Source of the DNA: Nitrospirales bacterium
GTDB lineage: Bacteria; Nitrospirota; Nitrospiria; Nitrospirales; UBA8639
Length of the DNA: 64,000 nucleotides
Reading direction: 5' to 3'
NCBI GenBank assembly: GCA_963555755.3
Contig: OY820905.2
Span: 2,976,001 to 3,040,000 of the forward strand
This document shows positions 51,948 to 62,910 of this stretch, piece after piece. The notes under the pieces were generated by a model, which saw only the letters and a program-made list of their open reading frames with translations, was not told where the DNA came from and made no database searches. Both the position numbers and the translations under genes were made by a program. The stretch's first letter is position 1, and every line of letters starts with the position of its first letter.

Positions 51948-52030
51948 CCTGTCCCTTCTATACACTCATCCGCATGGCAAAACTTGAGTTTTGTAGATGC
52001 CGTAAGGCTGGATGAGTTTTTGACCATACG
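51948..52030 (-). repeat. Repeat A copy 5 (inverted)
   Basis: Reverse complement: cgtatggtcaaaaactcatccagccttacggcatctacaaaactcaagttttgccatgcggatgagtgtatagaagggacagg. Confidence 0.88.
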
Positions 52031-52207
52031 ACGATAGCCCCCTCTTGATTGAGAATGTAGAGATACATAGAACGAGCGTGCAGATCAATGCCGCAGTACA
52101 ATCGGTGATGGTTGGTGTAGAATCGCATGAAGTTGCCTCCTTTGTAAGTGTTGGGTTCTGGGATCTCACAATGGAATTCTAAAGAAGGAGGCCTCAATAC
52201 GTATCAA
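52031..52207 (-). mobile_element. IS110/IS1111-family left end with transposase 5' fragment (ATG 52128)
   Basis: MRFYTNHHRLYCGIDLHARSMYLYILNQEG (DEDD RuvC-like start); GGAGG RBS; truncated by repeat A. Confidence 0.85.
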
Positions 52208-52269
52208 GCACATGCAGTTGATTGCCTTACGCTACTTTTCAGGCCACAACTGATATGGAGGGGTTATCT
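52206..52269 (+). other. Integron attC site lacking R'' (interrupted by IS110)
   Basis: cacat-G-cagttg...caactg-atatg L boxes with extrahelical G; R' core GTTATCT; ORF starts 24 bp later. Confidence 0.65.
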
Positions 52270-52293
52270 GCTGATAAGGAAATGGGATAGATC

Positions 52294-52803
52294 ATGGACA
52301 AGGTAGCCGTATTCGCAGACGTGCAGAACATGTATTACACGGTGAAGCAAAGGTATAATTGCCATTTTGATTACGGTGCATTTTGGGAGCACGCGACTTC
52401 TGGCAGGAGTATCGTCAAGGCTATTGCGTACGCGACAGACAAAGGGGACCAAAAGCAGATTGATTTTCAGCAGATCCTGAGGAGGATTGGGTTTGAAATA
52501 AAACTCACCCCGTTTCTCCAAAGGCGTGATGGCTCTGCCAAGGGTGACTGGGATGTCGGGATTGCTCTGGATATGGTCGAGTATGCCAAACGTGTGGACA
52601 CGATCGTCCTGGCATCAGGGGATGGTGACTACACCGTAGTCGTTGACAAGATCATACATGAGCACAATGTTTCGGTGGAAATCTACGGCGTACCGGACCT
52701 GACAGCCACTGCATTGATCGAATCGGCGACACGATTTGTGCCAATTCAAGGGAACCTGTTGTTGTCGATTCCTACAACCTGGGGGCCTATCCCAAGGAGA
52801 TAG
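52294..52803 (+). CDS. NYN (LabA/DUF88) PIN-like nuclease
   Basis: FADVQNMYY, KGDWDVGIALD, SGDGDY, VEIYGV. Confidence 0.92.
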   Translation: MDKVAVFADVQNMYYTVKQRYNCHFDYGAFWEHATSGRSIVKAIAYATDKGDQKQIDFQQILRRIGFEIKLTPFLQRRDGSAKGDWDVGIALDMVEYAKRVDTIVLASGDGDYTVVVDKIIHEHNVSVEIYGVPDLTATALIESATRFVPIQGNLLLSIPTTWGPIPRR

Positions 52804-53025
52804 GTGATACGGAAATCGAAAGGCGTATGCGTTGTGTGCCTTGAGCCATTGTCACGACACCCAACATCACTGACCAACTATGCAACAACTGAGGCTGAAA
52901 CCCGAGACTACTTTCCTACTCTTCAAGGTGTCTAAAAATCTCTTTTCGAGTCGAGTCCGAAGGTTGCCGGCTATACCTGCGCTGTCATGAGGGCCTGCGT
53001 GGCCCGTCTGGAAAGGGAGGGCATT

Positions 53026-53754
53026 ATGGATATGGGTGGAACAGGAGACCGGCGGACAGAATGGTTCGTTCCCTCCTTTGGTCCGTTAAAGCTGAGGATC
53101 TGTATCGGTTTGCTCTTTCCTCCATATACCGGGATGGTCCTCGCTTTCACGGTGATCGGGTCGATGATGGCGGAGCATATTCATTGGGATCGTGTGTGTG
53201 CCATTGTGGTGATCTACTTCCTCGCGTTGGGGATCGGCGGTCATGCGCTGGATGCTCTGGGGAGCAAGGGCCTTAAACCGTGGGGGAATGTCCTTTCCGA
53301 GAAAGGGCTTCTCGTTCTCGCCATCACTTCCATAGTCGGCGGGTATATGATCGGTATCTACTACATGGTCCTCTACACCCCCCTGCTCTGGCTTATTGCT
53401 ATCCCGGAAGGGTTTTTCCTTCTGGCCTACAATCTGGAATGGTTTCACGGGCGCTTCCACACCGATACCTGGTTCGGCTTATCGTGGGGAAGTCTTCCCG
53501 TGCTAGCGGGGTATATCATTCAGACCAACCAGGTTTCGTGGGCGGTGCTCATGGTGGCTGCCTCCATGGGCCTGTTGAGCCTCGTGGAGATCAAGGCCTC
53601 GCGCCCGTACAAGAAAATGAAGCGGGAGCTCGCTGCCAATGGCAAGACAAGTGAGACAGATCAGATCCAGTGGCTTGAATCTATTCTGAAAAGCATCAGT
53701 ATGGGTATTATTCTCCTGGGAATCGGATTTTTGACCTGGCGTTTAAACGGATAA
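53026..53754 (+). CDS. Polytopic membrane protein, UbiA-prenyltransferase-like
   Basis: About 7 TMs, HALD motif, YNLE..GRFHTD; GGAGG RBS. Confidence 0.6.
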   Translation: MDMGGTGDRRTEWFVPSFGPLKLRICIGLLFPPYTGMVLAFTVIGSMMAEHIHWDRVCAIVVIYFLALGIGGHALDALGSKGLKPWGNVLSEKGLLVLAITSIVGGYMIGIYYMVLYTPLLWLIAIPEGFFLLAYNLEWFHGRFHTDTWFGLSWGSLPVLAGYIIQTNQVSWAVLMVAASMGLLSLVEIKASRPYKKMKRELAANGKTSETDQIQWLESILKSISMGIILLGIGFLTWRLNG

Positions 53755-54007
53755 GGGAGAGGCCATTCATGTCCTCACGATCTCATGAGAAAGATTTTCA
53801 TAACTATTGGAGTTTGGTGAAGCCACAGCTCGATCAAGGATGCCGTCAGTGGATCCCGGAGCTCTCACGGAGCCTTCATGTGCCTCATCAGCGAAGCTTT
53901 GGGCGGGAAGATCGAGGACGCGATTCCAAGGGCCGTGGCTATTGAATGTATTCAGGCTGCTTTGCGAGACACCCTTAGAAGTGGTTCGAATGCAGGAGCC
54001 ATTCTTC

Positions 54008-54733
54008 CTAACACTCCCGACCAAGACTGGAAGGAGCCTGTTTCCTCGCGGTAACAATCGCGGAACCATAGGCAGTTAAATATTCCATTCGGATATCGGT
54101 GAATCCATTCACCCGCAGAGCCGCGGTCAGTTCCGGAATCCAACGACTCTCCTGAATGAGATCGGGCAAACCGTAAAAGATTTCACGCCAGGCTGGAAAG
54201 AGAAGGCTTCCCAGACGCTGTAGCACGTAGAAGTGGAGACGCCACAGCCACACAAGGTACGCTTTCGGTGGATAGGTGAAATCATGCATGAGAAGGAGGC
54301 CACCCGTCTTCAGCATCTCTTTGATAGTGCAGGTAAGGCTTTTTAGATCGGCGTATTTGGCCAAGTAGGAGGAAACCACACAGTCGAAGGGCTCGTTGGA
54401 ACGGTAATCCTCCGCTCGGCTCGAGACAAACTCCACGTTGGTGCGTCCCAATCGCTGAATCTTGTTTCGCGCGAGGTTCAGGTATTCCTCTCGGAGCTCC
54501 ACTCCCACGATCCGACAGTTTGGATAGCGTTCAGCGAGGGCGAATGTAGAAATTCCAGTGCCACAGGCCAAGTCCAGGATTCGTGTGGCATCGGGTGGAA
54601 TGAGGTCAACAATTCTGCGTTTCCAGCGACGGTCAATGCCGAAGGTCGCGGCGTTGACCATCCAATCATACGTGGCTCCTGTCCCGGAAAAGAAACGGTG
54701 AACTCTTTCTAATTTTGGGTTGCCGGTTTCCAT
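54008..54733 (-). CDS. Class I SAM methyltransferase (UbiE/MenG-like)
   Basis: YD......TFGID..WK, ILDLACGTG, FDCVVSSY. Confidence 0.88.
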   Translation of the reverse strand: METGNPKLERVHRFFSGTGATYDWMVNAATFGIDRRWKRRIVDLIPPDATRILDLACGTGISTFALAERYPNCRIVGVELREEYLNLARNKIQRLGRTNVEFVSSRAEDYRSNEPFDCVVSSYLAKYADLKSLTCTIKEMLKTGGLLLMHDFTYPPKAYLVWLWRLHFYVLQRLGSLLFPAWREIFYGLPDLIQESRWIPELTAALRVNGFTDIRMEYLTAYGSAIVTARKQAPSSLGREC

Positions 54734-54783
54734 GTGTCCCTTCTATTGATTCGTCCGTATTGAACCGAGGTTTAAATACTTAA

Positions 54784-54924
54784 GGGCACCTCTAAAAACC
54801 GTCCTTTTCCGTGATGGCGGCGTCAGCCGCGTGCTCAAATCCTCATGTATTCGCCCATACACTCCGGTTTTCCGCGCGCGGCTTCCTTGCCCTCACAAAA
54901 AATGCCTGGTTTTTAGAGGTGCCC
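54784..54924. mobile_element. MITE with TTAA target duplication
   Basis: 17-bp perfect IRs GGGCACCTCTAAAAACC; TTAA on both sides. Confidence 0.85.
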
Positions 54925-55069
54925 TTAAATTTTTTGTGACAACGACGAATTCGAGACCCACAGAATGCCAGGAGGGAATTTAGGTGGGGAATTTCGTTCG
55001 TGGCACCACCTGACTATTGCTTCAGTTGAACGCTCCACCCTTCCCGTACAAAAAAGGACAATGCAAACC

Positions 55070-56470
55070 TCATGGGATATCTCGAATTTGAATCGAATCG
55101 ACCCGTTGTTGAGCCAAGACGTCTGAGATAATCACGACTTTTTCCCCTGTGTGGAAATGTTCACGTTGTTTTAAAATCCTAAATGCGGTTTGCAAGGTTT
55201 TTTCAGGGTCTGAGCTAAAACTGATCCGGAAGGGAAACACTCCTCGATTGAGGGTCATGGTCCGACGTGATTGACTCATGTTGGTAAAGGCATAAATGTT
55301 TGTGGAAAAAGGACGACAATTTGAGACGAAATCGGCCATGATGCCTCTTCTGGTAATCACGACAATCCCTTTGGCTTGTAACCCTTCTGCGAGCTTGACC
55401 GCCGCGACTGCCAATTGCTGTTTATCTGCTGTAATGTGTAAGTGTTTCGCAAATTGCAAGCCTGGAATCGCTTCGGTTTTGGTCGCAATTTTTCGCAGAT
55501 GCTCAATACATTTAAGGGGATATTTTCCCACTGTTGTTTCACCAGATAACATAATCGCATCAACTTCTTCATAGACCGCATTGGCCACGTCCGTCACCTC
55601 GGCGCGGGTGGGGATCGGATTATGAATCATGGATTCCAGGAGATGGGTCGCGACAATTACGCGTTTCCCATATTCGGCGCACAGTCGTACAATTTTGCGC
55701 TGTACATTCGGCAAATCTTCTAGGTCGATTTCTACACCTAAATCTCCGCGAGCCACCATAATGCCATCCGATTCCTGAATAATATCTTCCAGATTTCGAA
55801 CCCCTTCCTGATCCTCAATTTTCGCAATGATTTTTATTCTCCCGGCTTTGCTGCCCATGAGTTGTTTTAATTGCCGAATATCCTTTGCCTCACGAACAAA
55901 AGACAGGGCAATAAAGTCCACATCTTGGGATAAGCCAAACACGATATCTTTTTCATCCTTTTGAGTAATAGCGGGTAGGTTGACACGGATCCCTGGTAAA
56001 TTGACATGCCGTTTACTTTTCAAGACGCCCCCATCCAGGACGCGGCATTGCATGAGTCGATCTTCTTTTTCCAGGACTTCAAGATTGATCAACCCATTAT
56101 CCACGGTAATCTTATCTCCCACATTGACTGTCTGGATTAAATCGGCATAGTTGATGTGAATAGAACTTTCTTCCACATCTATTGGCCCTCGCACTGTGAT
56201 GGAAATGATCGTGCCTTGCTTTAAATCTAAATCGTTAGCCAAGTCCCCTGTCCGGATTTCAGGACCTTGCGTGTCCAAGAGAACAGGAATAGGAAATTCG
56301 ACTTTTTTATTCAGCGTCTTGATGTGTTTGATCACTTTGGCGTGAGATTCGTGGTCTCCATGGGACATGTTCAAACGCACAATGTTCATGCCGGTGTCAT
56401 ACATTTTTTTCAACATCTCGTAGGATTCTGTAGCCGGTCCGATCGTATAGATAATTCTTGTCTTTTGCAT
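55070..56470 (-). CDS. pyk: Pyruvate kinase
   Basis: TIGPA, RLNMSHG, DTQGPEIRTG, IAKIE, MVARGDLG, PTRAE.TDVANA, MLSGET. Confidence 0.97.
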   Translation of the reverse strand: MQKTRIIYTIGPATESYEMLKKMYDTGMNIVRLNMSHGDHESHAKVIKHIKTLNKKVEFPIPVLLDTQGPEIRTGDLANDLDLKQGTIISITVRGPIDVEESSIHINYADLIQTVNVGDKITVDNGLINLEVLEKEDRLMQCRVLDGGVLKSKRHVNLPGIRVNLPAITQKDEKDIVFGLSQDVDFIALSFVREAKDIRQLKQLMGSKAGRIKIIAKIEDQEGVRNLEDIIQESDGIMVARGDLGVEIDLEDLPNVQRKIVRLCAEYGKRVIVATHLLESMIHNPIPTRAEVTDVANAVYEEVDAIMLSGETTVGKYPLKCIEHLRKIATKTEAIPGLQFAKHLHITADKQQLAVAAVKLAEGLQAKGIVVITRRGIMADFVSNCRPFSTNIYAFTNMSQSRRTMTLNRGVFPFRISFSSDPEKTLQTAFRILKQREHFHTGEKVVIISDVLAQQRVDSIQIRDIP

Positions 56471-56640
56471 AATTCTGTCCCTGGAATGTGAATGACCCTC
56501 AATTGTGCAATAACCCCTCAGATTCAGCAATGCGGGCGGTATGAGTGGGCGGCTTGACTAGTCGAGGCCCCGCCCCCGAACAAGGCCGATCTTCAACCTA
56601 GAAATGGCAGCTGGATCACAAAAGTCCGCGCAAGCTCTTA

Positions 56641-56903
56641 GGGTCCTTTACGAAATAACCGGTGGAATTGGCCGAGACGATTTTGGAGCGAGCCAAGGAG
56701 CGAAGAGCGCGCATACCGGGAGTATGGAAGCGATGAGCGACGCCGGCGTAGCCCAAAAGTGTCCGGCCCTTCGGGGAGGCCCATCTTTGGCCCGGGGCGG
56801 CGTTGCTCCTCGGTCACAGAGCCCCGCTAGGCTCCCTCGTCGCGCCTTGCCCCGATCACAAATTTGGGCCTCCCAATTGTCCCGGTTATTTCGTGACGGA
56901 CCC
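56641..56903. mobile_element. MITE with TTA target duplication (IS5-like ends)
   Basis: IRs GGGTCC.T.ACGAAATAACCGG; TTA on both sides. Confidence 0.8.
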
Positions 56904-57234
56904 TTAGCGCACCTGGCAAAACAAAAAAATGTCTCATCACCACTAAGGTGACCACGACTTTTTTTATTTCACCATGCACACCAATAGCTTACACGGCTTT
57001 TTTGTGCCCAACTGCCGTTTCTAGGTTCATGCGACGGGAGACCCCATCAGGATTTCCTCGTCAGGCAATCTGTTTACGACATAGCGGAAAACCATTACTA
57101 TAGCTCATGACTTCCGTAGGTATTGTCAACTTAACGAAAATTCCACCCCGAACACACAATTCGCCTCGAGATAATCCATTGATTTATCAGGACGCTGTGT
57201 GCTCTACACGTTCAATCAGCCAAATCTAGCTTAA

Positions 57235-57293
57235 GGGCACCTCTAAAAACCGTCCTTGCCCTCACAAAAAATGCCTGGTTTTTAGAGGTGCCC
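57235..57293. mobile_element. 59-bp internally deleted copy of the 54784-54924 MITE
   Basis: Same IRs and TTAA flanks; deletion between TCCTT microhomologies. Confidence 0.85.
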
Positions 57294-57384
57294 TTAAGTT
57301 GACAATACCTTGACAGGGATTGTTTTACACCCCAATGGCGGCATGATTAGCAATGCGCCATGCAGACCCGGAAGAAGGTAGTAC

Positions 57385-57714
57385 GTGGCAGATCACCGAG
57401 CAGAACAACATAAAATAGAACAACTCAAGACACTTTTGGATCGTGACCCGAATGATGAGGTCGCGTTGTTTGGTCTGGGTAAAGCCAATCTTAAGGTCAA
57501 GAACTATGAAGAGGCTATCAGAGCATTAGAACGGTGTATTCAGGTCAACCCTGACTACTCTGCCGCGTATCAGGCTCTAACGGTGGCCTTGTATAAAGCT
57601 GGACAGAGCGACCGGAGTACCGAAGTCGGCCGCAAGGGCATTGAAATTTCCCAAGCAAAGGGAGACGTAATGGTGACCAAGCAACTCCAATACTTCCTAG
57701 GGCAAATAGAATAA
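57385..57714 (+). CDS. Small TPR protein
   Basis: DPND.VALFGLG...YEEAI..LE..I.VNPDYSAAY. Confidence 0.85.
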   Translation: MADHRAEQHKIEQLKTLLDRDPNDEVALFGLGKANLKVKNYEEAIRALERCIQVNPDYSAAYQALTVALYKAGQSDRSTEVGRKGIEISQAKGDVMVTKQLQYFLGQIE

Positions 57715-57886
57715 AACCGAAACAAACAGAAATGGGGACAGATTTATTTTTCATCTCCTATATTCTGAGAAGCTTTTCTAAGGTACAATCCGTCTTCAAA
57801 TCTAAGATAGATAGAGCGCGCGGATCTTGACCCGCAGGGTGGGTTTTCAATTTTTTCACTATAAGAAACATAAGGAGATAGGACTT

Positions 57887-58324
57887 ATGGACACACCACA
57901 ATATCCTCGGAGTCCGAAAATTCAAATTGGCGGCTTGGCCCATTTGGGTCGATTGTTTGACAAAATCCGGATGCGAAATGCCGGCCAGATTCCGGATTAC
58001 AATTACCTGACCGTGGGATTTGATAAGTATCTGCTCGATCTGTTGGAAATGACGGGTGAGGATTTGGAAACACGTGTTGTGCAAGGCGGGACCGATGAGG
58101 AAGTAGTGGCGTGGGTCCAAGAGCATGGCAAAACCCTGACGGACGAGGAGCGGACGCAATGGAATGACAGGATTTTAAACGGTGGCCCGCAAAATGAAGC
58201 AGCGCAGCAACGCTTTCAATCACGGCTCGCCGAGGTAGCGGCTAAACGCGGGCTTTCGGTGGAACAGCTTTCTTCTTTGACCCGGTGGGTCGATATCATT
58301 GAGCTGGATGAGGGACGAATGTAA
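57887..58324 (+). CDS. DUF5069 family protein
   Basis: PRSP...IGGLAHLGRL.DKIR...G.I.DY, D.IELDEGR. Confidence 0.85.
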   Translation: MDTPQYPRSPKIQIGGLAHLGRLFDKIRMRNAGQIPDYNYLTVGFDKYLLDLLEMTGEDLETRVVQGGTDEEVVAWVQEHGKTLTDEERTQWNDRILNGGPQNEAAQQRFQSRLAEVAAKRGLSVEQLSSLTRWVDIIELDEGRM

Positions 58325-59559
58325 GGAGATGATATCGTGTTGTTCCAGGATCTGTAGAATGGCGAGAACAGACCCCATACCGTTCTTGACCTTATCTTTG
58401 ATAGGAGGTCACACGACGTCAAGCGATCAACAGCGCCGGCGAGTAGTGCCGGTTCAGGTAGGGGGCGACGAGGTAGCGGTATTCACGTTCGTGAGCAAAT
58501 TTGTAGAATGTTGGGAAAAGTCAATGGTCATGCCTGCCCCTAATTCTAATCAGCGGTGTCAAAATGAGGTGAAATTTGAGGGCAACAACAGCCCAACTAA
58601 CCCCTGTTCTTTTCCCTAGCTCAAGACGTGTGATGGTGAATGATGTTGGGGGAGCCTTCCCAATAATTTCATTGACAGCAGGAAATAAGAGGCATAGCAT
58701 TTCCTTGTTGGGATGAAGAATCGTACTCTGGGAATCGCAAAGGAATTGAGCGAGGAGGCGGTTCCAGAAATAACAAGAGGGGGTCACATGATGAACGACC
58801 TCAATCCACCAAACCAGTAAGGCCCGCGGCGAGCGAAGTCGTGTGGTTCTTGTTTAGGCCTGGTAAGGAGAGTTGTCGATAGGAAGCCTCTCAGAAATAC
58901 CGAACATGCCCGTAGGCATGAACAAGGTCAGGAAGACCAAACTATAATTCTGGTGGCTCCACCGAGAGGAAGAAAAGTTTAAAAGAAAAGAAGAAAAGGA
59001 TTGTAATGATTGCAAGGAGGAACAATATGGAAAGAGTCCACTCTCCGGCAATAGATCCTGTATAGAAGAAAAGAAAACAAGGCTTCGCCGCCATCGGGTC
59101 AAAGAAAAAAATGTGAAGTACTGACGGTGTATGTGTCAGGAGAACTGCGGGCTCTCTTTCTTGTGAAAGAGGGCCCGTGGTGTTTGAAACCACGTTGCGA
59201 CTCCAAAGAAACTGACAGACCGTACCCGTATGATCAAAAAACTCATTCGAGGAAAGCAAAGGCAAAACTCGCTCATTGACTCCCCGGAAGTGGCAATTAG
59301 TAGTTCGCCACGCCAGGTAGTGGAAAAATCAATATGCGTGCCTAACCTACTTCCATGCCCTGTCGAGTCGACGGCAGGGCCTGGTCATGCGTGATTACTT
59401 CACTGACATCATTAGCGCTGGATGTATCATCCTCAGTGCAATCAATGATGCCCTGACAACTTTGTCGAAGAATGGGAAAGTCGTCCCCTGGGTGGCTGAG
59501 TAATTCTTGAACTCGTTGAAAGGTCCGATCCTCGAGCGTCGGTTTTTTTAAGCGTCGGT

Positions 59560-62500
59560 TTACAATTCACTGCCAGCAGGAAGACCAGCCAGTTCAGCTT
59601 CTAAGGTGGTCTGAACCCGCGAATATTCGTGTTCTATTTCCGGCAAAACATCTTCCAACTTATGGGCTTCTCCAGCACGGCCTTTCTCTTCAAGGGTACA
59701 GCACAGTTCCCCGAGAGGTAGAGCCCCTATGTTTCGACAACTGCCCTTGAAACCATGCGCGGCTTTCATCAACGAATCCGCATGGCCATCAACCATGGCT
59801 TGCCGGATCGCGGCAACGTGGGCCGGCCCATCCTGGAGAAATTGCTGGATCACTTCGATCAGGAAAGACGGATCATCACCGCTGAGTTCCTTCAATCCGT
59901 CTAACGTGGCTGCATCGAGTGGGGGATCTTGGGTTTCGTGGCTCGGGGTTCGTGGCTCGTCGCCGGTTGCTCGTTGCTTGAATCTCGTATCTCGTGGTCT
60001 CCAACAGACGCTTCACGCTTATCGTTTCACGAGTTTCCGTCTCTCGTTTTGAGATCTATCGTTCCAACACGGCTTCTAATTCTTCAGGCTTGACGGGCTT
60101 GGAGACAAAATCATCCATTCCCGCGTTCAGACATTTCTCGCGATCACCCTGCATCGCGTTGGCCGTCATCGCAATAATCACTTGATGCTTGTCGCTACCG
60201 ACCTCGCTATTACGCAGTGCCTTAGTTGCTTCATACCCATCCATTTCCGGCATCTGACAATCCATTAGCACCGCATCATAGGGAACCCGGGACACCGCCT
60301 CCACCGCTTCTAGGCCATTGGCAACGACGTCTACCCGATACCCCAATTTCTCTAACATCCGCACCGCCACCTTTTGATTCACCATGTTATCGTCGGCGAC
60401 CAGCAGCCGGCCCTCTCTACGCCGGACCGCTTCAAGTATGGAATGCTTGGTGACAAACTGTGCATCACTCCTTGCTGAAGGATTCATCACCATGATAAGG
60501 CAGTCCCGAAGCTGATGTTGATGAATGGGCTTCGTTAAATACGCGGAAATGCCAGCCTCCTGTACCAGAGCCGCCTCGCCGCGTCGGCCCATAGAGGTGA
60601 GCATCACCATCCGCGTACCCGCCAGCACCGGATCGGCTTTGACCTTGCGAGCCAACTCCACCCCGTCCATCATGGGCATTTGCATATCCATAATGAGGAG
60701 ATCGCATGGCTGACCATGCGCCACCGCATCGATCAACAAGGCCAGAGCCGCGGGTCCATCGTTCGCACTCAGACAGTCCATCCCCCAGGCTGTGGTGTAA
60801 TGATTCAGCAGCAGACGGTTGGTGTCGTTACCATCGACGACGCAGATCTTGAGGCCTTCCAGACCGTTTCCCGCCGCCACGTCACTCTCTGTTGGTTGGG
60901 ACTGCTTCTCCAGCCGTACCGTGAACCAGAAACAACTACCTTGCCCCGGAGAACTTTCGACCCCGATTTCCCCACCCATTAATTCCACCAGCTGTTTGGA
61001 AATGGCAAGTCCTAGCCCAGTCCCCCCAAACTTCCGGGTCGTGGAATTATCGGCTTGGCTGAAGGGTTGAAATAACCGACCCTGGGCCTCCGGCGTCAAG
61101 CCAAGGCCGGTGTCTTGCACCTCAATGCGCAGGACCACCTCTTCTGGCGTTTCCTGAACCGGCACAATGTGGACCACCACTTCGCCCTGCTTGGTAAATT
61201 TGATGGCATTGCCCACGAGGTTCATCAAAATTTGACGGAATCGGCCCGGGTCGCCGCGCACAGCTGTGGGGAGGGACGCATACACGAGCCCCACTAACTC
61301 CAACCCTTTGTCCTGGGCCTTGGCCCCGAGTAAATCCATCACCTCGCCCACCGCCACTCGCAGATCAAAGTCAATAATTTCAATATCGAGTTTTCCGGAT
61401 TCAACCTTAGAAAAGTCCAGAATGTCATTGATAATCGTGAGTAAGGCATCTGCGGAATGTTTGACTGTCTCCGCGCATTCGCGCTGTTCTTGATCCAGAT
61501 TGCTTTCTAACAAAATCCCCGTCATCCCCAATATGCCATTCATCGGCGTGCGAATTTCATGGCTCATGGTAGCAAGAAAACTACCCTTGGCCTGCGTGGC
61601 CAGTTCGGCCTTTTCTTTTTCAACGATTAAATTTTCATTACTTTTTACCAGGTCCTGATTCGCTGTCTCCATAACGTAGTGGGATAACCTTATGGTGCCC
61701 GTCATATTATTAAATGACTGCGCCAGTTGGCCGATCTCATCCTGGCTATTGATGGTGATGGTCTGTGTAAAATCACCGGCAGTCACTTTGTGTGTCGCCT
61801 CAAGCAATGCCTCCAGCCTTCTCACAATGCTGGCTGAAACAAACAATGCAGCGAATAGAGCAATCAGCAGGGAGAAGAATGTGCCTACAATGATCAGGAC
61901 AATCGTGTTTGATGCAGCAGATTCAGCCTGCTGCACTCTTGTTTTCATTAAGCTTTTTTCTGCATCATTAAATTCCGCTAATTCACTTCTTCTCGCATCA
62001 ACAATTTTCTTGCCTGTTTCCCTCTCAAGCAGAATCATTACGTCAACCAAGGACTCAGGAGTTTTGTTCATTTGCCTCCGAGCGGCGATCTCTGGTTCGG
62101 CAGCTTTGTGGATCCATTCGGTGGCCAGTTGTTCCAACTGATCTATCTTACCCATGAGCTCATTCTCAAATCCCCTGTCGGATACGATCGCTCGCAGTCT
62201 AGCAAAGTATGCGGGCAGTTTAATCTGCTCGCCGGCGATATATTTTTCCAAAAACTCCTCTTTTCCGGTAATCAGAAAGCCCCGCTGACTATCTTCTCTG
62301 TCGGCCATGGATTTCTCAATGATGTCTATGGCGAATGCTCCCTCCCAGTCTCCCCGTCCAGAGAAAAAGGTCTCGACCTCATGACCCAGAGCCATAAAAT
62401 TATCTATGATGTGCTTGCCTTTGCCACGAGACAGTATTTCTTGCAAGTGGGAGGCATCAACGGTAGCCTTGCCACCCTTCCTCGCATCTCAATCTCTGGT

Positions 62501-62910
62501 GAAGCCGCATGGGTGAGCCAGTTTTTTTCAAGCTGATCGATTTTTTCCAGTCGCGTGACTTGCGCCGGGTTATCACTGACAAGTGATTTTAGATTAGCGA
62601 TCTTGGTATCCCAGATTTGTTGCGCCGCATGAAAGGATTCCAGGAAAGGTTCTTTACCGGTGATTAAAAAGCCGCGTTCACCGGTCTCCATATCGATCAT
62701 GAGTGTGTTCAGTTCCTGTCCACCGGCGATCACTTGTTGGGAATGTTGTACCCACTGCGCATCATCCACCATTTTCCCAATGCTGAAATACACGACGGTG
62801 GCAATAATGATCATCAGCAGCAAGGGCACAGAAAACCCGAGTAGGATCTTTTGTCGAGTCTGCAATTGATCAAATGCTTGCCGACAAATGTTTATGAAAT
62901 AATTAGGCAT
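59560..62910 (-). pseudogene. Hybrid sensor kinase (CHASE3-HAMP-HisKA-HATPase-REC-REC-Hpt) in three pieces
   Basis: [43 protein letters not shown]; two REC domains; AHGFKGS Hpt; frameshift near 62470-62490, TAG at 60056-60058, further shift in the linker. Confidence 0.85.

Noticed and set aside
40255..52030. Repeats A and B as a CRISPR array
   Set aside because: Copies are kilobases apart, divergent and separated by genes; no cas genes in the window
56604..56951. 115-aa ORF
   Set aside because: Lies across the TTA-flanked MITE
58330..59555. Short ORFs in a low-coding stretch
   Set aside because: No recognisable domains or convincing starts; probably decayed sequence
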